NCBI RefSeq assembly: GCF_006345805.1
Contig: NC_042997.1
Location: forward strand, 22,568,001 to 22,632,000
Length of the DNA stretch: 64,000 nt
From: Octopus sinensis
Lineage: Eukaryota
Reading direction: 5' to 3'
Shown here: piece after piece, positions 22,830-36,936 of the stretch
How the letters are laid out: every line of letters begins with the position of its first letter
How positions within the stretch are numbered: the first letter of the stretch is position 1
Translations under genes and position numbers: made by a program
The notes under the pieces: generated by a model
What the model saw: the letters and a program-made list of their open reading frames with translations, nothing else
What the model was told of the DNA's origin: nothing
Databases searched by the model: none

Positions 22830-25800
22830 TTTGTCAGTCCCCAAATTCGGCAACTTTTGACAAACGATAATTTTGAAAACACCTTGAATATGTTGGAATT
22901 GGATGCATGGCAAAGTTTCAGAAACGTATGTAATGGTCTACATGGGAAGCGCAGAGCAGCCAACAATGAAGTACTTGTAGGAAAACTCATTGATTCGTAC
23001 AAATCATTAGGGTGCTAAATCATAATGTCGTTAAAAGTTCGCTATTTGCATTCGCATCTAGCTTTATTTCCTCAGAATGCAGCAGACATCAGCAACAAAC
23101 ATAGTGAGGGATTCCACCAAGACATAAGTCAAATGGAAACTCGATCTGAGGGGAAGTGGAGTCCCGCCATGCTTGCTGACTTTTGCTGGTTTCTTCAGAG
23201 AGATAGACCTGATGCTATACATAGAAAAAAACATAAATATTGTACTAAAAAACAGATGTTCTTCCTTTTATAAAAGACGCAAATAACGTATTTACTATTA
23301 ATAACAACCCATTTTGCAGAAAACTCGTTTTAATTCTAGGAAAAAAATGTTATTTTCACTGAAAAATACCCATTTTCTAGCAAAAACATACCGTTTAGTG
23401 ACGGCGCATTTTACGAAACACTGGAGTCATTTCATGAAAAACGGAGTTCATTTTCATATCTAGGTAAAAACTGTTCCAGAAAATTATGATTTCTCCTCTG
23501 TAGCAAAATCATTGTTGTACAGCGTAATGTTACCTTTGAAATGCTGTTTATCTTATTTTAAAACTGACGAATTGGTGGAAACTTCAAGCCATTTGCTTGA
23601 ATTACTAATGACACTCGTTCCGGTTTTCTGCACTTTATGATCAAGTTCCACTGAAATCTTGTTTGCCTTTCATTCTTCGGGAGTTGATATATTCAATACA
23701 CTCCGGTGATGGAGGCGATTCCCAACTTTTTTTTTCTATTTATCTGTGGATTGACAATGTACCAATCTCCAAGAACCAGCCTCCTGTAGCTGATTCTGTC
23801 CGAGAACTACGTTAGGAGTACATGTGCCCGAGAAATATCCAACCGCTTAAGCATTAGTTTTTGGAATGGTCAAGCAATGGAGCGTCCATCGTTGACATTG
23901 AATGGAAGTTCATCATTTTATCTTAGTAGTCTCTGAAATAATTTTATGTATAGTTCATATGTCGTTTTAAAGTTACATTATATTTTCACGTAATACTCTA
24001 GTCGTACTTTCAACTCTAATTAAGAAACAATTATTTATCTACATATTAATCAGTAAAGGGACTATTAACACCATTTTACTTCTAATATTGGTTTCAAATT
24101 TTGGCATAAGGCCAGAAATTTCGGTGGTGGGGTATAAGGCAATTACATCGATCCCAGTGCTCAATTGGTAATTATTTTATGGACCTCGAAAGAACGAAAA
24201 GCAAAATCGACCTCGGTGGAATTTGAACTCAGGACGTTATGCCACTAAGCATTTTGCCCGACGTACTAACGATTCTGCCAGCTCACCGTTCCTACAGTTG
24301 TAGTATATTGCTGGGATGATATAATTGCTGAAAATGACATTGCTTTGAGAATTCATTTCATCTCTGATATTTATTCTTTTATTGCCCACAAGGGGTTAAA
24401 TTTCACTTGGAGAAGAGTAATCCAAAGAAATTACCGATGGTGTGCATTGAAAGATGTTAGGTACAAATTAACAAAATGGAAAGAGTTTTAAGATTTTTGG
24501 GAAGAGGAGAATTCAAAGGTTTAGAGCAGTGATTCGCAACCACCTTTTGCCTATGGACACTTTTAATTCATATTTTATTCTACTGAACCGTCATAGATAT
24601 TCGATGTTTAAAAAAAAACTCTTATTATATTTTTATAATTAAATATTATAAGGAATTGTATAAAAAATAAAGTTAAAATATTTTGTGCATTGTAGAAGTA
24701 TAACCAATTTATTGCTCATAAATTTTAACGACAAAATCCTATATGGACCCCGTTTGAAATTCACTGATTTAGAGCCCGGCCATTCGTGAAATGGTAGAAA
24801 TACACCGGCGGGGTGGGTGAAAAATGTTAACATTCTGTAAAATCTAACAATTACTCTATGTGTGTTGATAGAATAAATTACAAGCAAATTACTAAAGAAA
24901 AATTCAAAGACAATTTCCACAACTAGTATTTTTGGCTTGTGTCTATAATAGAAATTTGGGTGTGTGGTAATTAGCTTGCTTGCCAACCACATGGTTCTGG
25001 GTTCACTCCCACCGCATGGCACCTTGGGCAAGAGTCTTCTACTATAGCCTCGAGCCGACCAAAGCCTTGTGAGTGGATTTGGTAGACGGAAACTGTAAGA
25101 AGCCCATCGTATATATGTATGTATATATATATGTATGCGTGTGTATATGTTTGTATGTCTGTGTTTACCCCCCCACCCCACCCCAACATCGCTTACAACC
25201 GATGCTGGTGTGTTTACGTCCCCGTAAGCTAGCGGTTCGGCAAAAGATACCGATAGAGTAAGTACTAGGCTTACAAAACATAAGTCCTGAGGTCGATTTG
25301 CTCGACTAAAGGCGGTGCTCCAGCATGGCCGCAGTCAAATGACTGAAACAAGTAAAAGAGTAAGAGAATAGAGAATATACGGCTGTGTAGTTACAGAAAT
25401 GATGAGTTATAGGAATTATTGGTTTGCAGTATGGAGTTATTTCCCTTAATGTTCTGAAATTGAAATTCGGCCGAACGCAAATTTATTTTTATTCTTCGTT
25501 TGGTTGGAGAGTAACTAGGACGATGAAATTCTCTATACCTCCCGGCAAATTTTTTGACTGCATAGAAAAGTAATTTTTGCGACTGTATACAAATTAATAC
25601 GATATATGATTTATAATTATGGTTTAGTTTTTAGATAATGATTTTTATTGCTCAATAATATTTTCGAATAAGATTTTATATAACACTCCAAATATATATA
25701 ATTCATAAAATAAGTACGAACATTTATAATTTGTCTGTCTGTCGGTCTCTCTCTCTCTCTCACGCACACACACACACACACACACACAAACACATACAAT

Positions 25801-27146
25801 TTCTTTATTTGGGGTTTCATTCAAATGTATCACATATACCATATATTTTTTCAAATTTTATCAATCCACAACTATAAATGGTTATATCAGAAATATTAAA
25901 TTTCTAAATATCTCATAGAGATATGTACAGTGGTGGGGCGATATAATAGTTGTATACTGTCAATTTAACGTGACAGTAGGGGATTACACCACCGCTGTTT
26001 AGCCCTAGGAAGCATCGAACGCTTCCTGTCGTCTTCGACACATTTACTGTGTCCTTATTACGAAGGGGATGTATTTGGGGGTATTCGTCTCCCCTTCGTA
26101 AATATATATAAGGACACAGTAAATGTGTCAAAGTCGACAGGAAGCGTTCGATGCTTCCTAGGGCTAAACAACGGTAGTGTAATCCCCTACTGTCACGTTA
26201 AATTGACAGTATACAACTATTATAAATGGTTATAGTCTTACATAAAATAAATTCCAAACAATGTTCAATCAATTTCAATAGAATGTCGAATTAAAAGAAT
26301 AGGTAGATTATCAGACGGAATGAAATACATTGTTGAGTTGTGACGCTTTATGTTCGATGTTCAAATGCCATCGGATTTCTGCTTTGTCCATCAACTTTCT
26401 AGAGTTAAAATATATAAAAATCAACACCCATATATTCATACCTGTATTAGAAACGGCTGTTATGTTAGGTTGGCATAGACAATGGCATGCAATGTTTAAA
26501 GTCCACTGTGTTATATTTTAATGTAATATCTGTTAGAAGGTGACTTCAGCTTTGATCATTCCAGAATTGACAAAATACAATACGTAGCCTGTCATGTTCA
26601 AGGCCAATTCAGTGGAATGCGCGCGTGTATGCGTGTGTGCGCACCTGTATGCGTGAGTTTGTGTCTGTATTTATATGTGTGTGTGTTGTGCATGTGTGTG
26701 TATACATGTGTCTGTGTACATATGTATGTGTGCGTGCGAGCATATGTGTCCGTGTTTATGTGTGTATACGTGTGAGTAATACAGTTCTATATTTAAGAGA
26801 TGAGGAATTATGTACATTATTTGCATTCGACGGATATTTGTCCTTTTTTGTTGTTGTTGTTGTTAACACGTTACGGCTGATATACCCTCCAGCCTTCTTC
26901 AGGTGTCTTGGGGGAGATTTCGAACCTGGGTTCTCATTCCTAAGGAATTTTTCGATGTTGTTATTATTATTATTATTATATTATTATTATTATTGTTCAG
27001 GTCACTGCTTGGAATCGAACTCGGAATTTTAGGGTTAGTAGCTTGCCCTCTTATCCCCACGGGTATATGGCGTAGTGGTTGAGAGCGAGGGCTACTAACC
27101 CCAAGATTCCGAGTTCGATTCTACGCAGTGACCTAATAATAATAAC

Positions 27147-27181
<35 letters not shown>

Positions 27182-27703
27182 ATGTCAGGTAAAAAAAAAC
27201 GGAAAACGAAAAGCGGAAAATAAAAAATAAAAATAAAAAAATAAATGTAGAAAGTAAAAAAACTTAAATGAGTTATCTCCCTTAGACCTTAGATTATAAA
27301 GCTGGAAAGATATGAAGTTAATCAGATATTATCTAATTTCAAGGCTGTGTCTAAAAAGATTAACTGCAATAAGGTTAGTGTCTTCTATTTTCCTGAAATT
27401 ATTTAATCAGATTTTCCATAAATCTATCATACCTATGACTGTTCAAATTTCTCAATGAGATCAATCCATCATCACGATATAATCATATAATCAGGATGCA
27501 TAAGAAGTGAATACAGATTTATTAAATCTATATGATGTCTCCATGATTACAGCCGTTTCGTAGTCTTCTCAGTCTAGTATTATTTATTTCAACATTCCAT
27601 ATTATATATGTACATTTTACATCAATATGGATGCTAAGCATTATATGATTGTATGTCATGTAGAAATATACGTAAGAGAAACTTTCACAGATCATATATA
27701 TAT

Positions 27704-27740
<37 letters not shown>

Positions 27741-28172
27741 CGGAACATCATCTTTCAACTCACTAAGTTGTATCCATGATGCTGCAGAGGTAGAATACAC
27801 AAACAGACTGAAGCTGCGGTAAACAATGATGTATGTCGCTGAGAAATGTTTATCACAAGTTCGCATATGGCGTGTACCCTTGCATAGTATAAATAAAATA
27901 CTTTAAAACACGTATGCGGTCGCCTGCTAGAAGTAAGAGCTATATCTCTCTCACATCATATCCAACCGTCTAAAACATGAAACAGTAGATAGACACTGTA
28001 GGGCCTGGTTTAGAAAACTAATGATGTAATCGTCTCTGGGGTGATATCTTTGATATGGGTTCCATGAAGGTGATGTAGTACTAAACAACAACAACAGCAT
28101 ATACACAAAAGCAAAACCATAAATACCCTCAAAATTATTAATAAATTGTGCTTCATTTTAAATGTATATATC

Positions 28173-28508
28173 TCAAACATTAAAATAATTAAAATTCCAT
28201 GTTCGTTGATTGGCTTCGAATACATGTTTTGGCCTTGTGTCGTATCCAAATTGTAAACAGTCATCTTTTAGAAGAACCTCTAACTGATCTAAAACATCCA
28301 TTGGTACTGTACTATAAGCGTAAGACATTGCTTCATTTTTGATGACTTTTAAACTTTTATCATTTTTTGAAACCAGACTGGCATCTTTAATAGTATCTAA
28401 AAATTCTTGTTTAGTTACAAATAATGTCTGGTTATTGGTAAAAGGGAAATCTAAATCCATACTGACGAATCCTCGAATCTGAGCTCTTCGCCATGTGCGG
28501 CGCAAAAT
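28173..28508 (-). CDS. Carbohydrate sulfotransferase (CHST8-14-like), terminal coding exon
   Basis: Acceptor TTTTCAG|ATTTTGCGC in phase 0 matches the upstream donor. 111 codons plus stop, ending in the family-like C-terminal motif YSTVPMDVLDQL..DDCLQFGYD. Confidence 0.85.
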   Translation of the reverse strand: MLRRTWRRAQIRGFVSMDLDFPFTNNQTLFVTKQEFLDTIKDASLVSKNDKSLKVIKNEAMSYAYSTVPMDVLDQLEVLLKDDCLQFGYDTRPKHVFEANQRTWNFNYFNV

Positions 28509-29265
28509 CTGAAAATTTAAGAAACATGAGTATAATAAATAGAGAATATTATATTGGTTTCAAATTTTGGCAAAAGGCTAGGAATTTCGGGGAAGGGGCT
28601 AAGTCGATTACATAGACCCCTTACACTTAACTGGTGCTTATTTTATCGACCTCGTAAACATGAAAAGCAAAATCAACCTTGACGGAGTTTGAACATAGAC
28701 GGACAAAATGCCGCATAGCAATTTTCCCGACGTACTAAAGGTTCTACCAGCTCACCACCCTAATAGTGCGTATATCGAAGACTACGAACATTCACAACAA
28801 TATCGATTAAACATTTTTATTAAGCACAATGGCTTATATCTAACAAGAAAAAGGAGCACACATTAGAACTCCTATTTTCATACAATCATTTGTAGCAGAG
28901 TGGTCTAAGTTGAAATTGGGTTGCATCCTAGTTTTCCCGGTAGCTTAACTATTGTTACAGGGTGATCAACTCGACATAATGGCCATCTCTCTATGTAAAA
29001 TGGGAATTTATTAAATAACAAAAAGTGTCGATTTTAGAGCACAGTACGAAATGAAACTGCTTGTCTTTCATGCTTTTAATGATTTTGTGTGACAGTAAAC
29101 AAAGATGAAAACAGCTTACAGATGCAGCTTTTTGTGAGCTTACCTTTAGCCTATGATACTCTCGCTAATTAAAAAAGAAAGCAAACCAATTCATTACTTA
29201 ATTTGTGGCGGATTATTAAGTAGGTCACTATTTTCAAATAAAGACATACAAGGCTTGTCACTTAC

Positions 29266-30251
29266 TTGCGAGAAATCCACACATGTATTATTCTTGTTAT
29301 GAAAGGCGTGGTCAACGACAACTGTAAGATCATCTCCAACTCTCTCAGTTACCATATTTTTGGCTGACATTCTATGACCTTCACCAATTTCTTCAAACAT
29401 TAAATTCAAATCAGGGACAAAAGTATCGAGTTTCCCTATGATATCATACTTGATATTACAGGTACCACACAGATCATGCATCATACCAAAATGATAATTT
29501 TTTTTTACATTCTTCAGATTTGAATGGATGACATAACGCAAAAATTCTTCAAAAGTTACATCAAGAGGACATATAATACTTGAATTTTTAACCACACTTT
29601 TCCTGAAAGTTTTAATAATATAAGTACACAGGGTTTTAAAATTTTGTTGTGGCAAGAAAATTTTGTCGAGATAACCTGAAAAAAGGCGTGAATAAGGATC
29701 CCGAACAAAAACTACTTTCTTGTAAGCCTTCAAGACTGCGGCATTTTTTCTGGGACGAGTCGAAAAGGTATTCATTCGCAACGTGTGTATTTTGGTTGGT
29801 GCTATATCATACGGACTAGAACCATTCTGATATTTCCCTTTGAGAATCAACATAAGGCGTTTAAAGAATGTGCAGCCAACTTTAGGGATGTAGCAGAATA
29901 CCATTTTATGTTGGTGGTTCACAAGCATCAGATAATGAAACGGAGGGCGTCTGACACCATGTCGCTGACACTGACCATTTAGTAATTGTTTCCGTTTAAA
30001 GTTTTGCTCTCTCGTTGCGATCAATGAAAATAGCCCTGGTCTTTTTTTGGCTAAATTTCTTGAAAATTTAAGACCTTTTGATAGTAAATGTGGTGCTTTT
30101 GTTTGTTGTTTCTCCTTGATGGGATTTGTTTGAAACAATTTGCTATTAATTGTTTCCCTGAGCTTCAGTTGATATGTGTTAGAAAACTCTGTTGGAATTG
30201 TCGCCGATCCTGGAATGATCTGTTGATAGAATGAAGAGACAAAAGTAAATC
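29266..30251 (-). CDS. Carbohydrate sulfotransferase (Sulfotransfer_2 / CHST11-like), large catalytic exon
   Basis: PAPS-binding motifs FCYIPKVGCTFFKR (5'-PSB) and FVRDPYSRLFSGYLDK (3'-PB), plus VTFEEFLRY and CGTCNIKYDIIGKLDTF. Donor CAA|GTAAGT at 29266/29265; probable phase-1 acceptor at 30251. The upstream N-terminal/TM exon was not located. Confidence 0.92.
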
Positions 30252-31752
30252 CTTTTGCAATGTATAGACAGAAAAATAAATAGCACATTATCAGCACAAT
30301 AGCGGAAATACACACAGACACACTTACATATACAATTTATTTGATTCTCTATAAAAATGTTTGTGGTAATCATGAGAGTATACATTTTAGATTGTAAAGG
30401 TCTTTATCTAATATATCTCCTGGGGTTAAAAAGAATTTAAAAGAAACTTTAAGCAATTTCAAAAAAAAATAACCATAAAACATGAATATAAAAGTAAAAG
30501 ATAAAGAGAAAAAATATAGTTTAGAGAACTGCGCTTAATGTGTATCATCCCACTCACTTCCTTCTTCCTTTATTAGCAGACCATGCTCCATTTCAGTATA
30601 TCTAAATTTACTCGATAAATTAAGTACCAGCTACGCACTGGGCTCGGTGACATCGACTTATTCCGTTTGTCTGTCCTTGTTTGTTCCCTCTATGTTTAGC
30701 CCCTTGTGAGAAATATAGAAATAAGAAACGTTAGCGCGCCGGGCGAAATGCTTAGCGGTATTTCGTCTGCCGGCAGAAACGTTAGCACGCCGGGCGGGCG
30801 AATGCGTAGCTGTATTTCGTCTGCCGTTACGTTCTGAGTTCAAATTCCGCCGAGGTCGACTTTGCCTTTCATCCTTTCGGGGTCGATTAAATAAGTACCA
30901 GTTGCGCACTGGGGTCGATATAATCGACTTAATCCGTTTGTCTGTCCTTGTTTGTCCTCTCTGTGTTCAGCCCCTTGTGGGTAGTAAAGAAATAGGTATT
31001 TCGTCTGTCTTTACGTTCTGAGTTCAAATTCCGCCGAGGTCGACTTTGCCTTTCATCCTTTCGGGGTCGATAAATTAAGTACCAGTTGCGTACTGTCTCG
31101 GTCAAATCGACTGGCCCCCTTCCCCAAAATTCGGGCCTTGAACGTAGAGTAGAAAAGAATATGCATTTCACTGATGTCCGAGGGATGGGAATATTCTATC
31201 TCTGAGCAAAAGGCTGCTATTATTATGTTTTGCACTGCCTATTATTCTAAGATAAAATTTTACTTGTAGATTGTCGTATAGGATTTAAAAAAAAAAAAAA
31301 AAAAAAAAACTCCATTACTCAAAATGAAATGTTCTCTTGAAACTTTCTGTAGTTTGTAATTTGCATGTTTGCGAAATTCATTTGTGAAATTGATTTGAGA
31401 ATTACGTTCATAAAGTATTTTGTTTCGTGTTTGGGCGATTTGTTATCAAGCATTGTGAAGCGTTTGTTTGAAACATTTTGAAATCTCTCATCGATTAATG
31501 CAGAAGGTAGTCGGTGTTATGTAATCATCACAACAAATATGAACAATCAACGTTGCCCATTGTCTCCCTTGATACAAGGACATTCAGTAAGTTTCCCGCC
31601 ACAACAAATACCTTGTACAACAACGGCAGTCTAATAAAGTATCTCGTATCGTTAACACGTTTTTTCAGTCTCTCTCATTTTCTTAATCTTTCATACTAAG
31701 TACTCACTACTTCCTTTAATACTCAATACATTATATATATATAACAACAACA

Positions 31753-31763
31753 TGGTGTCAGAA
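31753..31763 (+). promoter_or_regulatory. Primer-binding site (tRNA-Leu-like)
   Basis: TGGTGTCAGAA immediately after the 5' LTR is complementary to the 3' end of tRNA-Leu (..TTCTGACACCA). Confidence 0.8.
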
Positions 31764-31806
31764 TACTAAAAGAACCCAAAATACAGAAACCAAAAGAAAA
31801 AAGAAG

Positions 31807-34800
31807 TTGAAATCATACTTCAAAGACGAAATGGAAAATTTACCGCATCCAAAAGACCTAGACTTTAATCAGGAAAATCTAGCCGCAGCATGGAAAAAGT
31901 GGAAAAAAGAATTCAATCTCTTTTTGATAGCAACAGAAAGTGACATGAAGCCAGACAAAGTAAAAACTTCAATGTTTTTAACTTGCATCGGTTCCAAAGG
32001 CCGAGACATCCATTCCACTCTGGATTTCGATTCACCCGACGAAGAAATTAACCTTCAAACAGTAATCGAAAAATTCGATGCATATTGTGAACCCAGGAAA
32101 AACATAACTTCCCTGAGACACAAATTCTTCACATGTGGACAAGCGGAACATCAAAAATTCGATGAGTACGTGGTAGAGTTGGGCCAAAAGGCACAACAGT
32201 GCGAATTCGGCAACCTCACAGACAGTCTCACCAAAGATATTCTGATATGTGGAATCAGAGACCTGAGATTAAGAGAAAGATTATTGAGAGAACCAAATTT
32301 AGACTTACAAAAAACAATTCAAGCAGGTCAGAGTGCAGAGCAAACACGACTCCAATCAAGGATGCTAAATGCCACATCCGAAACAAGAGATAACGAAATC
32401 TCGAGGGTATATAGTCAACACGACAGAAAAGGCGCCAAAACTCAAATAACTCGCCATATGCAATCCAGACATCAAAACGAACAAGGCGGAAGTGACAGAA
32501 AGCCCGCGAAGTTTCAAGCGCCAAGTCAACACTACGTCACTAACTGTCACTATTGTGGTTATAATCACAAAAGAAATAAATGCCCAGCATTTCACAAGAC
32601 ATGTGAAAAATGCAAGAAACAAGGACACTATGCAAAAATGTGCAAATCAAGAAAATTTGTACATAAAGTAGAGATACATACCGACGATGAATCAGATGAC
32701 GATACACATGCACTCGAAATGATCACTGCAAATAATTCCCGCGTGCACAAAATCGAAAAATTCAAGACTCCAAAAGACATTTGGACGGTCGAACTAAAAG
32801 TGAACAACTCGAATGTAACATTCAAAATTGATACTGGAGCAGACGTAACCGTACTGCCATTCAGAGAATATAAAAATATAATTCCAAAGCCACAACTGCA
32901 AAAAACCTCAACTCGATTATCAGCTTACAATAACACAGCTATAAAAGTGCTAGGAAAATGCACAGCAGTCATTAAATACAAAGAATTATCAAAACAAATA
33001 AAATTCATTGTTGCAAAAACAAACTCGCACGCAGTTATAGATGCAAAGACAGCTAAAGATCTGAACCTAATTCAGAGAATTTCAAAAATAAACTCGTCGA
33101 ACACAAACGACATAATAGAAAAATATGAAGACTGTTTCGGAGAAATTGGCACTTTGTCAATAACACATCATATCACAGTGGATCCACAAATAACTCCTGT
33201 AATTCATCCACCAAGATCGGTTCCTTTTTCTATAAAAGAAAAACTCAACAAAGAATTAAAAAGAATGACAGAATTAGGTATCATAAAACCTGTTAGTGAA
33301 CCTACAGACTGGGTAAATTCCCTAGTCATCGTTGAAAAAGCCAACGGAAAACTCCGACTCTGTTTAGACCCCAAGAATCTAAACAAAGCCATAAAAAGGC
33401 AACATTTCAAACTCCCTACAGCGGAGGACATTTTTGCACAAATGCATAACCCTAAATATTTTTCGAAACTCGATGCATCTAATGGATACTGGCAAATTCC
33501 AGTTGACGAAGAAAGCTCCCATCTGTTAACGTTCAACAAACCTTTTGGAAGGTATCGCTTCACACGACTACCCTTTGGAATTCACAGCGCCAGTGAAGTT
33601 TTCCAAAAAGAATTACAAAAATAATAGAGGGCATAGAAGGAGCAAGAAATTCACAGGATGACATCATAATCTGGTCCAGCACTTTAGAAGAACACACAAA
33701 TAGACTACAACAAGTTTTCGATCGAATCCGAAAGCACGGATTAAAGTTAAATAAATCAAAGTGTATCTTCTATGAATCACAAATCACGTACCTAGGGCAT
33801 CTATTAACCAGCGAATGGGATAAAACAAGATCCAACCAAAGTGCAAGCAATCATTCACATGCCACTGCCAACAAGTAAAAAAGAATTACAAAGATTCCTA
33901 GGTATGACAAATTACCTATGTAAATTTTTATCAAATTACTCCGAAGTTACAGCACCATTACGCCAGCTTCTACAGAGTGACACGTTATGGTCATTCGACA
34001 AACCACAAATCGAAGCAATAAAAAAGATAAAAGAAATGATTACCAGAAAACCAGTGCTACAATTTTATAATCCAGATCTACCAATAAAAATAACTACAGA
34101 TGCTAGTAAGCATGGGCTCGGAGCGATACTTGAGCAGAAACACAACGAAAGATGGATATCTGTTTCGTTTGCATCTCGTGCAACAACTCAAGCAGAACAA
34201 AACTACTGTCCGATAGAGAGCGAAGCTCTCAGTATAGTTTTCGCATGCAAGAAATTTCATCAGTTTATATACGGAACTCATTTCAGAATCGAAAATGAAC
34301 ATAAACCGTTGAAGCAAATATTCAAAAAATCGATCATTAAATGCCCCCCCCCCCGCCCAGAATCCAAAGATCTCTACTAACATTACAAAAATATGATTTT
34401 GACCTAAACCACATACCTGGTAAAGAATCAATTGTTGCAGATACCCCATCACGTGCATACCTTGAGCAAAATACTCCAGAAGTATCAGACGAAGATATGA
34501 AATCGCACATACATGCAGTAATAAAAAATTACCCCATAACCGACACTAAATTAAACGAGTATAAAGAAGCCACTGCAGACGACCCGTCACTACAGACACT
34601 CATCACATATACAAGAACAGAATGGCCCCCAAAAGACAAAATACCAATAAACATCAAACCATTCGTCTCCGTTCGTGATGAAATATCAATCGTCAATGGT
34701 CTCGTTCTAAAAGGTTCAAGAATAATTGTACCTAAGTCATTACGTAGAGAAGCTCTACAGGAAATACATACCGGACACATGGGTATCGAAAAATGCATAG

Positions 34801-35769
34801 AGAGAGCGAAGGAATGTATATACTGGCCTGGCATTAACGCTCAAATCAAAGACATGATTAACACATGCTCATACTGCATCGACTACAAAAACCAACAATC
34901 AGCCGAACCACTAATAAATCATGAAATACCTACTACACCATGGACCAAAGTGGGTACAGACGTATTTCACCTGTCTGGAAATTCGTATGTCACAATTATT
35001 GACTATACAACAAGATTTTTTGATCTACACGAAATAAATGATTGCCAGTCAAAAACCGTAATCAAAAAATTAAAAGAAACTTTTGCTAAATTCGGAATTC
35101 CGCAAACAGTTGTAAGTGACAACGGTCCAGAATTCAATTCGGCTGAATTCAAAAAATTTGCAAAAAATTGGCATTTTCATCACACGAAGACAAGCCCGCA
35201 TTATCATCAAGCGAATGATTGAGAGAAATATACAGACAATAAAAAAGACGCTAAAAAAGACATTCAAAAGTGGCGAAGAACCTCAGTTAGCGCTCTTAGC
35301 ATTACGCACGACTAAATTACAAAATGGTGCACCATCCCCTGCAAATCAAATAATGACTAGAACATTGCGAACAAATCTCCCAAACTTATTACACGACAAA
35401 ATTGGTATCAGGCCTCACGAAAAGAAGAAATCAAACATCACAACAGAACTCCCAGAGTTAAAACCACACGACACGGTTAGAATTAAGTTTAACAACAATT
35501 GGTTTAGAAGGGGCAAAATAATTAAAAAACTAGAGCAACCTCGTTCATACTTAGTAATAACAGAAGAAGGTAATACAGTCAAACGAAATAGACAACATAT
35601 TCTTAAAACAAACGAACACGTTCGCATAACAGAAGAATTAGATTATGAAAATATATTTCCAAAGTCAACAAACACGCATGAAAAAACAAAAACAGCACAA
35701 CTTCAGAATTCAACACTACAAAATAATAAAACCACAAAAAAGTGGACGACGAATAATTATTCCCTGTAG
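31807..35769 (+). pseudogene. gag-pol polyprotein of the gypsy element, broken by ~4 frameshifts
   Basis: Knuckles CHYCGYNHKRNKC and CEKCKKQGHYAKMC; protease IDTGAD; RT SKLDASNGYWQI and NSQDDII; RNase H TTDASKHGLGA; integrase HTGHMGIEKC..CSYC and VVSDNGPEF. Frame breaks near 33620, 33815, 34350 and 35215. Confidence 0.95.
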
Positions 35770-36494
35770 ATACAGATAAAAAAAATAAATAAATAAATAA
35801 AAAAGTAAAAAGGAAGATGTTATATAATCATCACAACAAACATGAACAATCAACGTTGCCCATTGTCTCCCTTGATACAAGGACATTCAGTAAGTTTCCC
35901 GCCACAACAAATACCTTGTACAACAACGGCAGTCTAATAAAGTATCTCGTATCGTTAACACGTTTTTTCAGTCTCTCTCATTTTCTTAATCTTTCATACT
36001 AAGTACTCACTACTTCCTTTAATACTCAATACATTATATATATATAACAACAACAGTCGGAATTAGCTTCATAAATATCCCTTACTTTCTGGACAACTAT
36101 GTACTTCATTACATGTTCAGTGTTCTTATTTTATGTTTTGGGACAACAAACTAATCGCTATTCTCAGCATTTTGTTTTTCCAGTTTACTACTGATTAGCT
36201 TGCTTATCCACAATAAGATAAGCGTCATTGCTGTTGTTTGACTCTGGTGTAGGTCTGATAGCGTATAGTTGTCATCATCAAAGGCGTTACAATTGTTTCC
36301 AGACTCTGTCATCTTTTTAAAGAACCGGATGTCGTTTGTGGATGTGATCAAAATACTACAATTATTATGTTCAATAGTGCGCTCTATGATTTGTATCGAA
36401 CACAAGCTACGAAATTAGATGATTTTGGAGACGTAATGGTTATGATTACAATAAATTTGAATGAAGAACTTGATGAAAATTGTTGTTTTTGTTT

Positions 36495-36752
36495 GTTCCT
36501 TCTCGAGCCATGCCTGGCTCATAAGGGCCGGTTTCCCGGTTTCTTTGGCGTATAGGTTCCCCACCTGGACGGGGCGCCGGTCCATTGCAGGTGAGCTGCA
36601 AGATGCAGGAGGAAAGAGTGAGAAAGTTGTGGCGAAAGTGTCAGCAGAAGTTCGCCATTACCTTCTGCCGGAGCCGCGCGGAGCTTAGGTGTTTCGCTCA
36701 TAAACACACACATCGTCCGGTCTGATATTCGAACCCACGATCTCTCGACCGT
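36495..36752 (-). mobile_element. GC-rich tRNA-derived SINE (family E)
   Basis: Minus strand B box GTGGGTTCGAAT, internal TGGACCGGCGCCCCGTCCAGGTGGG and GAAACCGGGAAACCGGCCC segments, short AAC-type tail. Confidence 0.7.
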
Positions 36753-36883
36753 AATTAATTAACATTGTGATGTAAGTTCGACAAACTAATTCAGCTCTGT
36801 TCGAGATTTTATATGTTATAAATAGTTTTAAGCTCATACTCTCTCTCTCTCCCTCTTTCTTTCTCATTCTCTCTCCCTCTTTC

Positions 36884-36936
<53 letters not shown>

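Larger units (their letters stand above)
16629..28945. repeat. 6.1-kb near-identical tandem duplication (16629-22729 and 22830-28945) around a 100-N gap
   Basis: Copy 2 begins at the first base after the gap and copy 1 ends at the last base before it. Differences are limited to scattered SNPs, microsatellite lengths and a 10-bp indel (TAGTGAGGGA). Confidence 0.97.
31515..36055 (+). mobile_element. Complete Ty3/gypsy LTR retrotransposon (Mag-like), recent insertion
   Basis: 238-bp TG..CA LTRs at 31515-31752 and 35818-36055 differ at 2 positions. Exact 5-bp TSD GTCGG on both sides; PBS TGGTGTCAGAA; PPT AAAAGGAAGA; domain order gag-PR-RT-RH-IN. Confidence 0.98.

Noticed and set aside
32199-35627. 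Alternative-frame and antisense ORFs over the gypsy element (likewise over the mariner, CR1 and SINE copies)
   Set aside because: They are shadows of transposon coding sequence or repeat consensus, with no independent signal.
36060-36480. Coding-looking region (ORFs 36151-36405 and 36367-36555) as the missing first sulfotransferase exon
   Set aside because: There is no TM-anchor ORF ending at a phase-1 donor. Removing the gypsy insertion at the TSD still leaves stops in all frames, and no family was recognised.
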